Source of the DNA: an uncultured Candidatus Rokubacteria bacterium
GTDB lineage: Bacteria; Methylomirabilota; Methylomirabilia; Rokubacteriales; DASRDR01
NCBI GenBank assembly: GCA_963826115.1
Contig: CAWGVS010000006.1
Span: forward strand, 64,001-128,000
Length of the DNA stretch: 64,000 nt
Direction of reading: 5' to 3'
The translations under genes and the position numbers were made by a program. Under the pieces are notes generated by a model, which was not told the origin of the DNA, searched no databases, and saw only the letters and a list, made by a program, of their open reading frames with translations. Below are positions 30,165-39,461 of the stretch, piece after piece. Position 1 is the stretch's first letter. Every line of letters starts with the position of its first letter.

Positions 30165-30722
30165 ATGAGCCTCTCTTGCTGGCTGACCCGACGCCGACTG
30201 GACGCCTACCAGGACGGGGAGCTGTCCCCCCGCCTCGGCCGCCGGGTCGAGGGTCATCTCGGGCGGTGCGAGGTCTGCGGCCGCGAGGGGGCGGCCCTCG
30301 CCCGACTCCGGACGGCGCTGGCGGCGTCCGCCGCGGCGGACCCGTCCGAGGGGGTCTGGACGGCGTTCTGGCCGCAGGTGCGGGCCCGGATCGCCACACC
30401 GGCTCCGGCGCCAGCCTGGGAGCGGGCGTGGGGGAGCGTGCGAACCCGGCCCCGGCTTGCGCTGGCGCCGGCCCTGGCCGCTGGCACCCTCGCCGTCCTG
30501 GCGGTGGTGGCGCCGTGGCAGCGGGCCCCCCAGCACGTCCCCGGGTCGGGCCCGGTCCCGGGCGGCGTCGAGGTGGCGGGCCTCCAGCCGGCCATCCTGG
30601 ACGAGGTCGTCATCCAGTCGATCGAGACCGACGACCCCGATGTCCCGGTCATGGTCTACGCGAGCCCGGAGTCGGACGTCACCGTGCTCTGGGTGTTCGG
30701 CCTGCCGAAGACCGATACCTAG
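30165..30722 (+). CDS. Zinc-finger (zf-HC2) anti-sigma factor
   Basis: YQDGEL...HLGRCEVC (HxxxCxxC) followed by one TM helix. Confidence 0.8.
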   Translation: MSLSCWLTRRRLDAYQDGELSPRLGRRVEGHLGRCEVCGREGAALARLRTALAASAAADPSEGVWTAFWPQVRARIATPAPAPAWERAWGSVRTRPRLALAPALAAGTLAVLAVVAPWQRAPQHVPGSGPVPGGVEVAGLQPAILDEVVIQSIETDDPDVPVMVYASPESDVTVLWVFGLPKTDT

Positions 30723-30759
30723 CCGCGCCCGGAGGGCTGCCCGCCGGGGCGGGACCCGC

Positions 30760-31614
30760 TCAGCGCTTCCGGATCCTCGCCAGCTCTTCCTTCGCCTGGA
30801 CGGCCTCTTCCGTCGTCGGGAACTGATCCAGCACGAACTGTAGCCGGGCCTCCGCCAGCTGGAGCTGGCCGAGCTCGGCGAGGGCCAGCGCCTCCTTGAA
30901 GAGCGCGGCCGGTACGCGGTCGCCCCGCGGATACTGGATCACCACCCGACGGAACTCCTGGACGGCCTTCTCGAGCTCCTGGACCGCCCGGTCCGGCTCG
31001 TTCCGCGCCTGGTGCCCGCGCGCCAGGCTGAAGTGGGCCTCGCCGATCCAGTACTGGGCCTTCTCGGCGAGCGGCGTGTTGGGGTACTGGCGGACGTACT
31101 CCCGGAAGGCGGCGATCGCGAGATTGTAGTGTCCGCGCGTGAAGTCGATGTACGCGGTCTGGTAGAGATCGCTCGCCTGGGTGCCGGGCGGCGCCGGTCG
31201 CTGGGCCTGCGCCGAGGGGCCTGGCGGCGCGGACGGCGCGGGCGTGCTGCCCCCTGACGGCGGCCCCGCGGCATCCATCTGGAGCGCCAGCGTGTCGATG
31301 CGCCGGCGCAGCTCGTCCAGGCGACCCTGGAGCTGCCCCGTCTCGCGCCCGAGTTCGTCGAGGCGCGTGCCGAGCCGCGCCATGCCCCGCTGGACCTCGG
31401 TCAGGGTCTGGGTGGTCCGGCGGTCGGTGGCCTGGATCTCGGCGAGGAGGGCGGACCGGCTCCCCTGGACCTCCTGCTCGACCCGGGAGAGATCCGCGCG
31501 GAGCCGGTCAAAATCCTCGTGGAGGAGGGGGGAGGCTTCCGGGGCGCACCCTGCGAACAGAGTGAGCACCCCGGCGACGGCAGTCAGCCAGCCCCCCGGC
31601 CTCCACGACGTCAC
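30760..31614 (-). CDS. cpoB: Tol-Pal associated TPR lipoprotein CpoB/YbgF
   Basis: FAGC lipobox, coiled coil, AQYWIGE TPR; directly after pal. Confidence 0.85.
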   Translation of the reverse strand: MTSWRPGGWLTAVAGVLTLFAGCAPEASPLLHEDFDRLRADLSRVEQEVQGSRSALLAEIQATDRRTTQTLTEVQRGMARLGTRLDELGRETGQLQGRLDELRRRIDTLALQMDAAGPPSGGSTPAPSAPPGPSAQAQRPAPPGTQASDLYQTAYIDFTRGHYNLAIAAFREYVRQYPNTPLAEKAQYWIGEAHFSLARGHQARNEPDRAVQELEKAVQEFRRVVIQYPRGDRVPAALFKEALALAELGQLQLAEARLQFVLDQFPTTEEAVQAKEELARIRKR

Positions 31615-31622
31615 TCAGTGCG

Positions 31623-32330
31623 CTACTGCTTGACCAGGAAGTGGGCCCGGCGATTCTTGGCCCAGCACGGCTCGGCCTTCTCCGTGCAAGTCGGGCGCTC
31701 CTCGCCGTAGCTGATGACGGTGATCCGGCCCGCGTCGATGCCGACGGACACGAGATAGTCGCGGGTCGCCTTCGCCCGGCGCTCGCCGAGCGCGAGGTTG
31801 TACTCGTTCGTGCCGCGCTCGTCGGCGTGCCCCTCGATCAGGAGCAGGGCGCTCGTGTTGCTCTTGAGCCACTTGGCGTTCTCGTCGAGCGTGCCCTTGT
31901 CGCCAGCGCGGACGTCGTACCGGTCAAAGTCGAAGAACACGTCGCGGAGCGCGGCGCTCTCGACGAACTCCTTCGGCGACGGGAGCGACGGGATCGTCGT
32001 GCCGGTCGCGGCGCCGGCGCCGCCCGCGCCCGCCCCGCCGGCACCCGCGCCGCCGGCACCCGCCCCGCCGCCGGCGCCCGAGCCGGCACCACCCGCGCCC
32101 GCCCCGGCCGCGCCAGGGCCGCTGCCCATCGCGCCGCCCGAGCCGGCGCCGCCCGCGCCCGCTCCGCCGGCTCCGGAGCCGGCCCCGCCACCCGACACGG
32201 TCGGGCCAGCGCCGCCGCCCGGGCCGGTGCCGGCCTGCGGCGCCGGTTTCTTCGGACACCCCGTCAGAACTACGGACGCGGCGAACAGCGCTAGCACGGT
32301 GAACGTCGTCTGCCAGGGTCTCCGGGTCAT
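31623..32330 (-). CDS. pal: Peptidoglycan-associated lipoprotein with long Gly/Ala linker
   Basis: LTGC lipobox; FFDFD, IEGHADERGTNEYNLALGERRA and NRRA motifs. Confidence 0.95.
   Translation of the reverse strand: MTRRPWQTTFTVLALFAASVVLTGCPKKPAPQAGTGPGGGAGPTVSGGGAGSGAGGAGAGGAGSGGAMGSGPGAAGAGAGGAGSGAGGGAGAGGAGAGGAGAGGAGAATGTTIPSLPSPKEFVESAALRDVFFDFDRYDVRAGDKGTLDENAKWLKSNTSALLLIEGHADERGTNEYNLALGERRAKATRDYLVSVGIDAGRITVISYGEERPTCTEKAEPCWAKNRRAHFLVKQ
32011..32200 (-). repeat. Low-complexity GAGGAG/GAG coding repeats in the Pal linker
   Basis: Imperfect tandem GCGCCGCC(C/G)GC(A/G)CCC units encoding Gly-Ala repeats. Confidence 0.75.
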
Positions 32331-32367
32331 ACCACGCTCCTTTCGCTGGTGGGGCTCCATCGAGGCC

Positions 32368-33714
32368 TCATTGTGGGCGCGGCGACCAGGTGGGGCTGGA
32401 CGCCTCACCCCGGTCTCGGGTAAGTGGCTGCTGCTCGGTGCCATCGGCCAACATCGTGAAGAGCTGCGTCCGGCCTCCCCGGCTCGACGAGAACACCACG
32501 TGGCGGCCGTTGGGCGCCCAGGAGGCCGCCTCGTTGCTGCCGGTGCCCTGGGTCAGGGGCCGGGCGTTCGACCCATCGGGATTGATCGCCCAGAGATCGA
32601 AGCCGCCGGCCGTCCGGCGGGTGAAGATGATCGTATCGCCCCGGGGCGACCAGCGGGGCTGGGTGTCGAACGAGCCCCCGAACGAGATCCGCCGCGCGTT
32701 GGTGCCCTCGGCGTCCATCACCCAGATCTGGGGCGATCCGGTGCGGTCCGAGGTGAAGGCGATCTCGCGCCCGGTGGGCGACCAGGTCGGGTCCGTCTCG
32801 ATGCCCCGATTGCTGGTGAGCTGCCGGAAGTCCGAGGTGCCCACGCGCAGCGAGAAGATGTCCGGGTTCCCGCCCTTGGACAGGGTCAGCGCGATCATCC
32901 GCCCGTCCGGAGCCCAGGCCGGCGCCGTGTTGATCCCCGGCCACGCGGACATGAGCTCGGGCTCCTGCCCGCGGCGGCGCGGGTTGAACGGGAAGATCCG
33001 GAACAGGTACGGGTACCCCTTGAAGAACGAGGTGAAGGCCACCGACGAGTCGACGGGGCTCCAGGCCGGGGACAGGGACGTGCTGCGGAGGTTCGTGAGC
33101 GGGACGTGGTTGAACCCGTCGTAGTCGATCATGACGAGCTCTTTGTTCGGGGCGGCCTGCGAGACGTACGCGATCTTCGTCTCGGAGACGCCGCGCTCCC
33201 CGGTGAACTGGTACACGACCTCGTCGGCGATGCGGTGCGCGAGCCGCCGGTGGTCGGCGAGGGGCTCGACCCAGAACATCTTGGAGGCGATCATCCGGAA
33301 TTCCGGGTTCGTGAGGTCGTAGAGCCGGAACTCGATCGTGAGGCGCTGGCCGTCGATGCGCATGAGCCCGTGCATCGCGGCATGGGCGCCCGCCTGCTGG
33401 AACTTCGTGAATTCCTGGCGGATACCGTCCTGCGCGGCGGGGAGGGCCGGCGTGTTGGCGACCGCGAAGAGCGCGGAGAACCGGAGGTCGTTGCCGATGA
33501 TCTCCGGCACGCCGCGCGCGAAGTTGCCGTCGTCGGGCGCCGCGGTGAGCCGCGTGAACTCGGGGATGGCGATGCCGAGCTTCGTCGAGCCACCCTTCGT
33601 GACGTTGAGGAAGACCTCGACGCCCTGTGAGTGAAGCTGCGGCGGGGACGCGAGGAGGCCGATCGCGAGGGCCACCCCCAGCGCGACCAGGAGACCCGCG
33701 GGACGCATGCGCAT
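32368..33714 (-). CDS. tolB: Tol-Pal periplasmic protein TolB
   Basis: AHRIADEVVYQFTGERG plus PD40 repeats; operon position. Confidence 0.93.
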   Translation of the reverse strand: MRMRPAGLLVALGVALAIGLLASPPQLHSQGVEVFLNVTKGGSTKLGIAIPEFTRLTAAPDDGNFARGVPEIIGNDLRFSALFAVANTPALPAAQDGIRQEFTKFQQAGAHAAMHGLMRIDGQRLTIEFRLYDLTNPEFRMIASKMFWVEPLADHRRLAHRIADEVVYQFTGERGVSETKIAYVSQAAPNKELVMIDYDGFNHVPLTNLRSTSLSPAWSPVDSSVAFTSFFKGYPYLFRIFPFNPRRRGQEPELMSAWPGINTAPAWAPDGRMIALTLSKGGNPDIFSLRVGTSDFRQLTSNRGIETDPTWSPTGREIAFTSDRTGSPQIWVMDAEGTNARRISFGGSFDTQPRWSPRGDTIIFTRRTAGGFDLWAINPDGSNARPLTQGTGSNEAASWAPNGRHVVFSSSRGGRTQLFTMLADGTEQQPLTRDRGEASSPTWSPRPQ

Positions 33715-33716
33715 GC

Positions 33717-34742
33717 CTAGCCCTTGTCCAGCCCCGGGTTGAACCCGAAGTTCACCTTCAGGTACTGCCCGGGGAAGTCACGCGGGAGGGGCGGGAAGGG
33801 AATTGAGTCCATCACTGCCCGCAGCGCGGACTGGTCGTAGACCTCGTTCCCCGAGCTCTGCTTGATCTTCGGCTGGCCGCGCATCTGGCCCTCGCGGTCG
33901 ATCTCGAAGTAGATCATCACGGTGGTCTGCTCGGTCGCCACCAGCGGCGGCCGGCGCCAGCGCTCCGACACCTTGGCGTGGAGCTGCCGGATGTAATAGG
34001 TGAACGGGAAGTCGCTGGCGTCCACCGACAGGTTGCTGCCCGACACCGTCGCCGCCGTTGGGCTTCCGACGCGGGCCGTCTCGGTGGCGGGCCGCCCGGG
34101 CACGGGGCTCGCGGGCGGCGTCGCCGGCGCTGACGGCGGGGTGGCGATCCGCGGCGGCTCCGGCAGCTTTGGCGGGTCCGGCAGCCGCGTCGGCGCGGCG
34201 GGGGCCGAGGCAGGCGGCGTCACGGGCGGCGGCGGCGGAAGGCTCCGCTCGATCGGGCGCGCGGTCGGCGGAGCCAGCGCCGGGCTCTCCTTCTCCGCGC
34301 GCCGGGGCAGGGCCAGCTCCGAGGGCTCGAGCGCCTTCGGCCGCGGGGCCGCGAGCTCGGGCGCGCGGGGCGGGGGCGGCTCGACGACGCGCTCCGGCGG
34401 CCGTGCGGCCGCCGGCGGCGGCGGCTCGGGGCGGGGCGCGGCCTTCGGGGGCGCCTTCTCCTCGGCCTTGGGCGCGGGGGGCGTGGGTCTCGACTCCGGT
34501 GTCCGGACAGCCGGCGGCGCCTCGGGCGCCGGACTCCCGAGCGTCGGCGTGGCCGGCACCAGGTTCACGATGTAGACCTTCGACTGGTCGACCCGCGAGC
34601 CGAGGAACGCGGAGAGGCCAAGGGCCGCCCCGAAGCACGCCATGTGCGCGACGAAGGACACCGCGAGGAGCCCGTAAGGCGGCGGATCGTCGGGGAAGCT
34701 GATGAAGCGGCGCGGGACGCGGTACACGACCGGCGCGGCCAT
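33717..34742 (-). CDS. tolA: TolA/TonB-family energy transducer
   Basis: SxxxH TM motif, Pro-rich stalk, SSGNEVYDQSALRAV C-domain. Confidence 0.8.
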   Translation of the reverse strand: MAAPVVYRVPRRFISFPDDPPPYGLLAVSFVAHMACFGAALGLSAFLGSRVDQSKVYIVNLVPATPTLGSPAPEAPPAVRTPESRPTPPAPKAEEKAPPKAAPRPEPPPPAAARPPERVVEPPPPRAPELAAPRPKALEPSELALPRRAEKESPALAPPTARPIERSLPPPPPVTPPASAPAAPTRLPDPPKLPEPPRIATPPSAPATPPASPVPGRPATETARVGSPTAATVSGSNLSVDASDFPFTYYIRQLHAKVSERWRRPPLVATEQTTVMIYFEIDREGQMRGQPKIKQSSGNEVYDQSALRAVMDSIPFPPLPRDFPGQYLKVNFGFNPGLDKG

Positions 34743-34744
34743 CG

Positions 34745-35176
34745 CTACTCCCGCCTCGGGAGCGGCTCGGTCACCATGCCGACCCGCTCGACGCCGGCGC
34801 GCCGCACCCGGTCCATGGTCTCGACGACCTGCCCGTAGGGGAGCTCCTTGTCGGCCTTGATGAAGATCGTCCGGTCGGCGCGGTCCCGGAGGAGGTCGCG
34901 AAGCCGCGTCTCGAGGTTCGCCAGCGGGAGCGGGCGCTCGTTGAGGTAGAGCACGCGGTCCTTCGTGATCGTCAGGACCAGCCGCTCCTCGACCGCCGTG
35001 GGCTTGCCCCCGCTCCGCGGCAGGTTCACGTCGATGCCCCGGTACATCATGGGCGCCGTCAGCATGAAGATGAGCAGCAGGACGAGGACGACGTCGACGA
35101 GAGGAATGACGTTGATCTCGGCCAGAGTGCTGCGGGTGCCAGCACCCTCCGTGCCGGCATCGGCCTTGATCGCCAT
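34745..35176 (-). CDS. tolR: TolR
   Basis: EINVIPLVDVVLVLLLIFM and IKADKELPYG motifs. Confidence 0.92.
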   Translation of the reverse strand: MAIKADAGTEGAGTRSTLAEINVIPLVDVVLVLLLIFMLTAPMMYRGIDVNLPRSGGKPTAVEERLVLTITKDRVLYLNERPLPLANLETRLRDLLRDRADRTIFIKADKELPYGQVVETMDRVRRAGVERVGMVTEPLPRRE

Positions 35177-35177
35177 C

Positions 35178-35906
35178 CTAGAAGGGCTTCGTGCTCCGTA
35201 CGAGCCGGCGCTCGACCACGTTGGCCAGCTCGAGCGCGAAGTTCTCCATCTCGGTCATCCAGTGGCGCATCCGACCAACGAAGTAGTTGTAGCCGATGAC
35301 CGCGGGGATCGCCGCCGCCAGGCCGGCCGCGGTGGCGACCAGGGCGCCCGAGATGCCGGGGGCGACGACGGCCAAGCTCGCCGACCCCTGCGTGCCGATG
35401 GCCTGGAACGAGTTCATGATGCCGACGACCGTCCCCAGGAGGCCGACGAAGGGCCCCGAGCTCGCCGTGGTGGCGAGGAATGGAAGGTAGCGCTCCATCC
35501 GCTCGACCTCGGTCGACTGCACGCGACGCATCGCGCGCTGGACCGACTCCAGGCGGTCGGGCGAGATGCCCTCCTCGCCCGGCTCGGCGGGACCGTCCAT
35601 CACGTCCGGCGGCGGCGCGCCGCCCGCGGAGAGCTCCTGATACGCCGCGAGGTACACGCGCCCGAGCGGGCTCTGCCGGAGGCGCTTGGCGCCGGAGGCC
35701 ACGAGCGAGAAGCGGCGTGACTCGCGGTAGGTCTTCAGGAAGCGCCCGCTCTCGGCGGCGACCATGCGGAACTGGAGCGCCTTCTGAAGGATGATCGCCC
35801 ACGAGATGACCGACATCGCGAGGAGGACGACCAAGACGACCTTCTCGAGGGGACCGACATCGGAGAGGATCTCGCCGAAACCACCGAGACTGGAAAGCCC
35901 GGGCAC
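35178..35906 (-). CDS. tolQ: TolQ
   Basis: PFVGLLGTV and APGISGALVATAAGLAAAIPAV motifs; start uncertain (GTG 35906). Confidence 0.9.
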   Translation of the reverse strand: MPGLSSLGGFGEILSDVGPLEKVVLVVLLAMSVISWAIILQKALQFRMVAAESGRFLKTYRESRRFSLVASGAKRLRQSPLGRVYLAAYQELSAGGAPPPDVMDGPAEPGEEGISPDRLESVQRAMRRVQSTEVERMERYLPFLATTASSGPFVGLLGTVVGIMNSFQAIGTQGSASLAVVAPGISGALVATAAGLAAAIPAVIGYNYFVGRMRHWMTEMENFALELANVVERRLVRSTKPF

Positions 35907-35975
35907 GACGCTCAGACCCTCGAATCCTGCTTGTGTGTTCTGAGCAGCAACCAGACCTCCTGCAACGTTTCGTTC

Positions 35976-36005
35976 ATCATACCTAGCGGCTCGGAAGAGT
36001 GTCAA
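35976..36005 (-). promoter_or_regulatory. Sigma70-like promoter of the tol-pal operon
   Basis: Minus strand TTGACA-N18-TATGAT in an AT-rich divergent spacer. Confidence 0.7.
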
Positions 36006-36092
36006 ACTTATTTCCAATTTTGCGGGCGCTTCCGACGCGGTCCGGGGGCATTTTCGTTTGACACCCCGAGTGCCGTGGGGTAATAGGGAGCC

Positions 36093-36908
36093 GTGTTCCG
36101 GTCCCCCGGGCCGATCGCCCTCGCGTTTCACCTTCCGGCTGGTCTCCCGCTCGTCGGCGGCCTGTCGGTGTCGATCCGCTGGTACGGCGTCCTCATCGCC
36201 TCGTCGATGGCGCTCGGGCTCTGGCTCGCGGCGCGCGAGGCGACGCGGCGCGGCGAGTCGCCCGACGACCTGCTGAAGGCGGCCGAGATCGCCCTGATCG
36301 GCGGCCTGGTCGGGGCCCGCCTCTACTACGTGCTCTTCAACCTCGACTACTACCAGACCCAGCCGTGGTGGCGGATCTTTGCCGTGTGGGAGGGGGGGCT
36401 CGCGATCCACGGCGGAATCATCGCGGGCCTGCTCACGGGCGGCGCCTACGTCTGGGCCAAGGGGCTGCCGCTCCTGACCTACCTGGACATCGTGGCGCCC
36501 TCCATGGTGCTCGCTCAGGCGATCGGGCGGTGGGGCAACTTCTTCAACGAGGAGGCGTTCGGCCGCCCGACCGAGCTCCCCTGGAAGCTCTACATCGCGG
36601 AGGCCCGCCGGCCGCCGGCCTTCGTGGACCACCAGTTCTTCCATCCCACCTTCCTCTACGAGTCCCTCTGGAACGGGGCGGCCTTCCTGCTCCTCTACTT
36701 CGTCCTCCGGCGGCGGTTCGAGCGCGCGCCGGGCGCCCTGTTCCTCGCGTACCTCGGGCTCTACTCGCTCGGGCGCTTCTGGGTCGAGGGGTTGCGGACC
36801 GACAGCCTCATGTTGGGCTCGTTCCGGATCGCGCAGCTCGTGAGCGTCGCGGCGGTTTTGGTGGCCGCCGTCGGCATCCCGATCCTGCTGCGGCGCCGCT
36901 CGAGCTGA
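36093..36908 (+). CDS. lgt: Prolipoprotein diacylglyceryl transferase
   Basis: IRWYG, GGLAIHGG, GRWGNFFNEE and HPTFLYES motifs. Confidence 0.96.
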   Translation: MFRSPGPIALAFHLPAGLPLVGGLSVSIRWYGVLIASSMALGLWLAAREATRRGESPDDLLKAAEIALIGGLVGARLYYVLFNLDYYQTQPWWRIFAVWEGGLAIHGGIIAGLLTGGAYVWAKGLPLLTYLDIVAPSMVLAQAIGRWGNFFNEEAFGRPTELPWKLYIAEARRPPAFVDHQFFHPTFLYESLWNGAAFLLLYFVLRRRFERAPGALFLAYLGLYSLGRFWVEGLRTDSLMLGSFRIAQLVSVAAVLVAAVGIPILLRRRSS

Positions 36909-36934
36909 GGGCGCCGCCCGAGAGGGCCCGCGGC

Positions 36935-37774
36935 ATGGGACCGAGCCGGTCGGCCCGGGCGTCCCGACAGCAGCGCGCGCCCGCACGCCGCGCCGCCCGG
37001 CCGGCCGGCGAGGACCTCTCCTTCGCGTGCCTCGGCACCTCCGGCGCGGTCCCGTCGGTCGCGCGGGATACCACCGCCTTGGTCGCGCGCGCGGGCCGGA
37101 CCCTCTGCCTGATCGACGTGGGCGGGAGCCCGGTGCAGAAGCTCCGGCGCGTCGGCGTGGACCCGGTCGCGCTCTCGGCGGTCGTGGTGACCCACACCCA
37201 TCCGGACCACGTGTATGGGCTGCCGGCGCTGATCCAGGGCCTCCTCATCCTCGGGCGCAAGGCCCCGCTGCCCGTCTACTGCCGCGTCGAGCACGTCCCG
37301 CTGGTGGAGCGGCTCCTCGGCCTCTTCGGACTCCGCGACGAGGGGCTCGACGTGCCCGTCCGGCCCGTCGAGCCGCAGGAGGCGGTTCGCGTGCTGAAGA
37401 CACCGGACCTCGTGGTGACGGCGTCCCCGAACGTCCACGGGAGCATGCCCAACCTCGCGGTGCGCGTCGACGCGGGCGGGCGGAGCCTCGTGTACTCCTC
37501 CGACACGCGGCCATGCGCCCAGGTGGAGACGCTCGCCCGGGGGGTGACCACGCTCATCCACGAGGCGACGTTCGCCCGGCCGAATCCCGCGGAGTGGCAT
37601 TCCACCGCGCGGGAGGCCGGCGCCGTGGCCCGGGCTGCCGGCGCCGGCCGCCTCTACCTGGCGCACGTGGGCTACACGGTCCATGGCGCGATCCGGGCCC
37701 ACGTGACGGCGGCGCGCGCCGGGTTCGGCGGGCCGGTGGCGATGGCGGAGGAGCTCCGCTGGTATCGGGCCTAG
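36935..37774 (+). CDS. MBL-fold hydrolase, RNase Z/BN-like
   Basis: LGTSG, THTHPDHVYG, YSSDT and HEATF motifs. Confidence 0.85.
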   Translation: MGPSRSARASRQQRAPARRAARPAGEDLSFACLGTSGAVPSVARDTTALVARAGRTLCLIDVGGSPVQKLRRVGVDPVALSAVVVTHTHPDHVYGLPALIQGLLILGRKAPLPVYCRVEHVPLVERLLGLFGLRDEGLDVPVRPVEPQEAVRVLKTPDLVVTASPNVHGSMPNLAVRVDAGGRSLVYSSDTRPCAQVETLARGVTTLIHEATFARPNPAEWHSTAREAGAVARAAGAGRLYLAHVGYTVHGAIRAHVTAARAGFGGPVAMAEELRWYRA

Positions 37775-37848
37775 GGCTCCTCGGCCGGCTTGGCCGGCTC
37801 CGGCGGCGGCGGCCCGCGCCCGAGTCGATCCCGGTCGCCCGCGGGCCC

Positions 37849-38754
37849 GTGGACGCAAGCGCCGCGACCCTCTCGACGCTCGCCGGCCGGATCGGCGTGG
37901 GCCTGCTGGCCGCCCTGGCCTGCCTGATCTTCACGCTGGACCGCCGGGCCGGCGCCGATGTCACCCTGGGCCTGATCCACATGGCGATCGTCGCCCTGGC
38001 CAGCTGGCGCTTCCGATCTGTCGGCCGCTGGGCGACCGTCGGTCTCGCCACCACCGGGTGGAGCGCCGCGCAGCTCGTCGCCGCGGGGACACCCGTCGGC
38101 GACGTCCCCACGGAGGCGCTGACCTGGCACGTGGGCCTCCGCCTGGCCGCGCTGGCGAGCGTGGCCGCCACGGTGGGCGCGGGGCGCGAGGCCGTGCGGC
38201 GACTCCTCCGGACGGAGGACGCGCTGGCGCTCTCGCTTCTCCGCGAGCGCGACTCGGCCCGCCGAGACCGGCTGACGCGGCTCTGGAATTCCCGCTACCT
38301 CCACGAGGCGCTCGAGGGCGAGATCTACCGCTGCCGGCGGTACGGTCGCCCGTTCGGCATCCTGGTGGTCGACCTCGACGGCTTCAAGGCGGTGAACGAC
38401 ACGGGGGGCCACGAGGCTGGGGACAGAGTCCTCCAGATCGTCGGGCGCGTGATCCGCGAGAATTGCCGCACGACCGACATCCCCGCGCGGCTGGGCGGCG
38501 ACGAGTTCGCGGTCATCCTGCCCGAGGCCTCGCGGCTCACGGTGCCGCGGTACGCCCTGAAGCTCGTGGACCTCATCGGGCGCGCGCCGTTTCCGCCGGG
38601 GCTGCCGCGGGTCACGGCCAGCGTCGGCGCAGTCGCGTTCGAGCGAGCCCCGGAGTCGGTGGAAGCGGCGCTCGGCGTCGCCGACGAGGCGATGTACGCC
38701 GCCAAGCGCGAGGGGAAGAATCGGGTGATCGTACGGGACGGGGGGGCCTCGTGA
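37849..38754 (+). CDS. Membrane diguanylate cyclase
   Basis: TM helices, DLDGFKAVND, RTTD I-site and intact GGDEF; start uncertain. Confidence 0.88.
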   Translation: MDASAATLSTLAGRIGVGLLAALACLIFTLDRRAGADVTLGLIHMAIVALASWRFRSVGRWATVGLATTGWSAAQLVAAGTPVGDVPTEALTWHVGLRLAALASVAATVGAGREAVRRLLRTEDALALSLLRERDSARRDRLTRLWNSRYLHEALEGEIYRCRRYGRPFGILVVDLDGFKAVNDTGGHEAGDRVLQIVGRVIRENCRTTDIPARLGGDEFAVILPEASRLTVPRYALKLVDLIGRAPFPPGLPRVTASVGAVAFERAPESVEAALGVADEAMYAAKREGKNRVIVRDGGAS

Positions 38755-39446
38755 ACTTCGTCCTGGACATCGAGACGATCCCGCGCGACCTCCGGGCGGA
38801 GCCCCGGAAGATCCAGGAGTACGTCTGGGAGCGGGTGACCCGGCGGGGTGACGCGGAGGACGGGGCGCCGGCCCTCGACCAGTTCCTGGCCGGGATGGAC
38901 GACGAGGCGTTCGCGGGTCTCCGCCGCGACGTCGAGCGCTACATGGCGCTCCGGGCGGAGTTCGGCCACGTGATCTGCATCGGCATGGGCCACGATGGGC
39001 GGGGCGAGCTCGACACGAAGGCGCTGACGGCGCGAACGGTCGCCGACGAGCGGGGGATCCTCGAGGCGTTCTGGGACGTGGTCCGGAGCGCGCGCGACTG
39101 GCGGTTCGTCACGTACAACGGCCTCTCCTTCGACCTGCCCTACCTCATCCGGCGTTCCATCTACGTGGGCGCCGCGCCGACGGCGGGCCTTCCCCTCCGC
39201 CCCTATGCGCCCGACAGGCACTTCGACGTGATGCGCGTGCTCTCCAACTGGGAGCGCACCGACGCGGTGCGGCTCGACGTCGTGGCCGAGCTCCTCGGGC
39301 TCCAGAAGTGGCCCCCCGGGATGGAGGGGTCCCAGGTCCTGGGCCTCTGGCGGGCGGGGCGGACCGACGACATCGAGGCCTACTGCCTCGGCGACGTCCG
39401 GCTCACGTACGACGTCTTCCTGCGCGTCGAGCCCTACTTCCGGTAG
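38751..39446 (+). CDS. Stand-alone PolB-like 3'-5' exonuclease (DEDDy)
   Basis: LDIET, YNGLSFDLPY and YCLGD motifs. Confidence 0.85.
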   Translation: MNFVLDIETIPRDLRAEPRKIQEYVWERVTRRGDAEDGAPALDQFLAGMDDEAFAGLRRDVERYMALRAEFGHVICIGMGHDGRGELDTKALTARTVADERGILEAFWDVVRSARDWRFVTYNGLSFDLPYLIRRSIYVGAAPTAGLPLRPYAPDRHFDVMRVLSNWERTDAVRLDVVAELLGLQKWPPGMEGSQVLGLWRAGRTDDIEAYCLGDVRLTYDVFLRVEPYFR

Positions 39447-39461
39447 CGCGCGGGCGCCCTC

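Noticed and set aside
35913-35951. 12-codon TTG uORF after GGAGG upstream of tolQ
   Set aside because: Too short to support without conservation data; the tolQ start is itself uncertain
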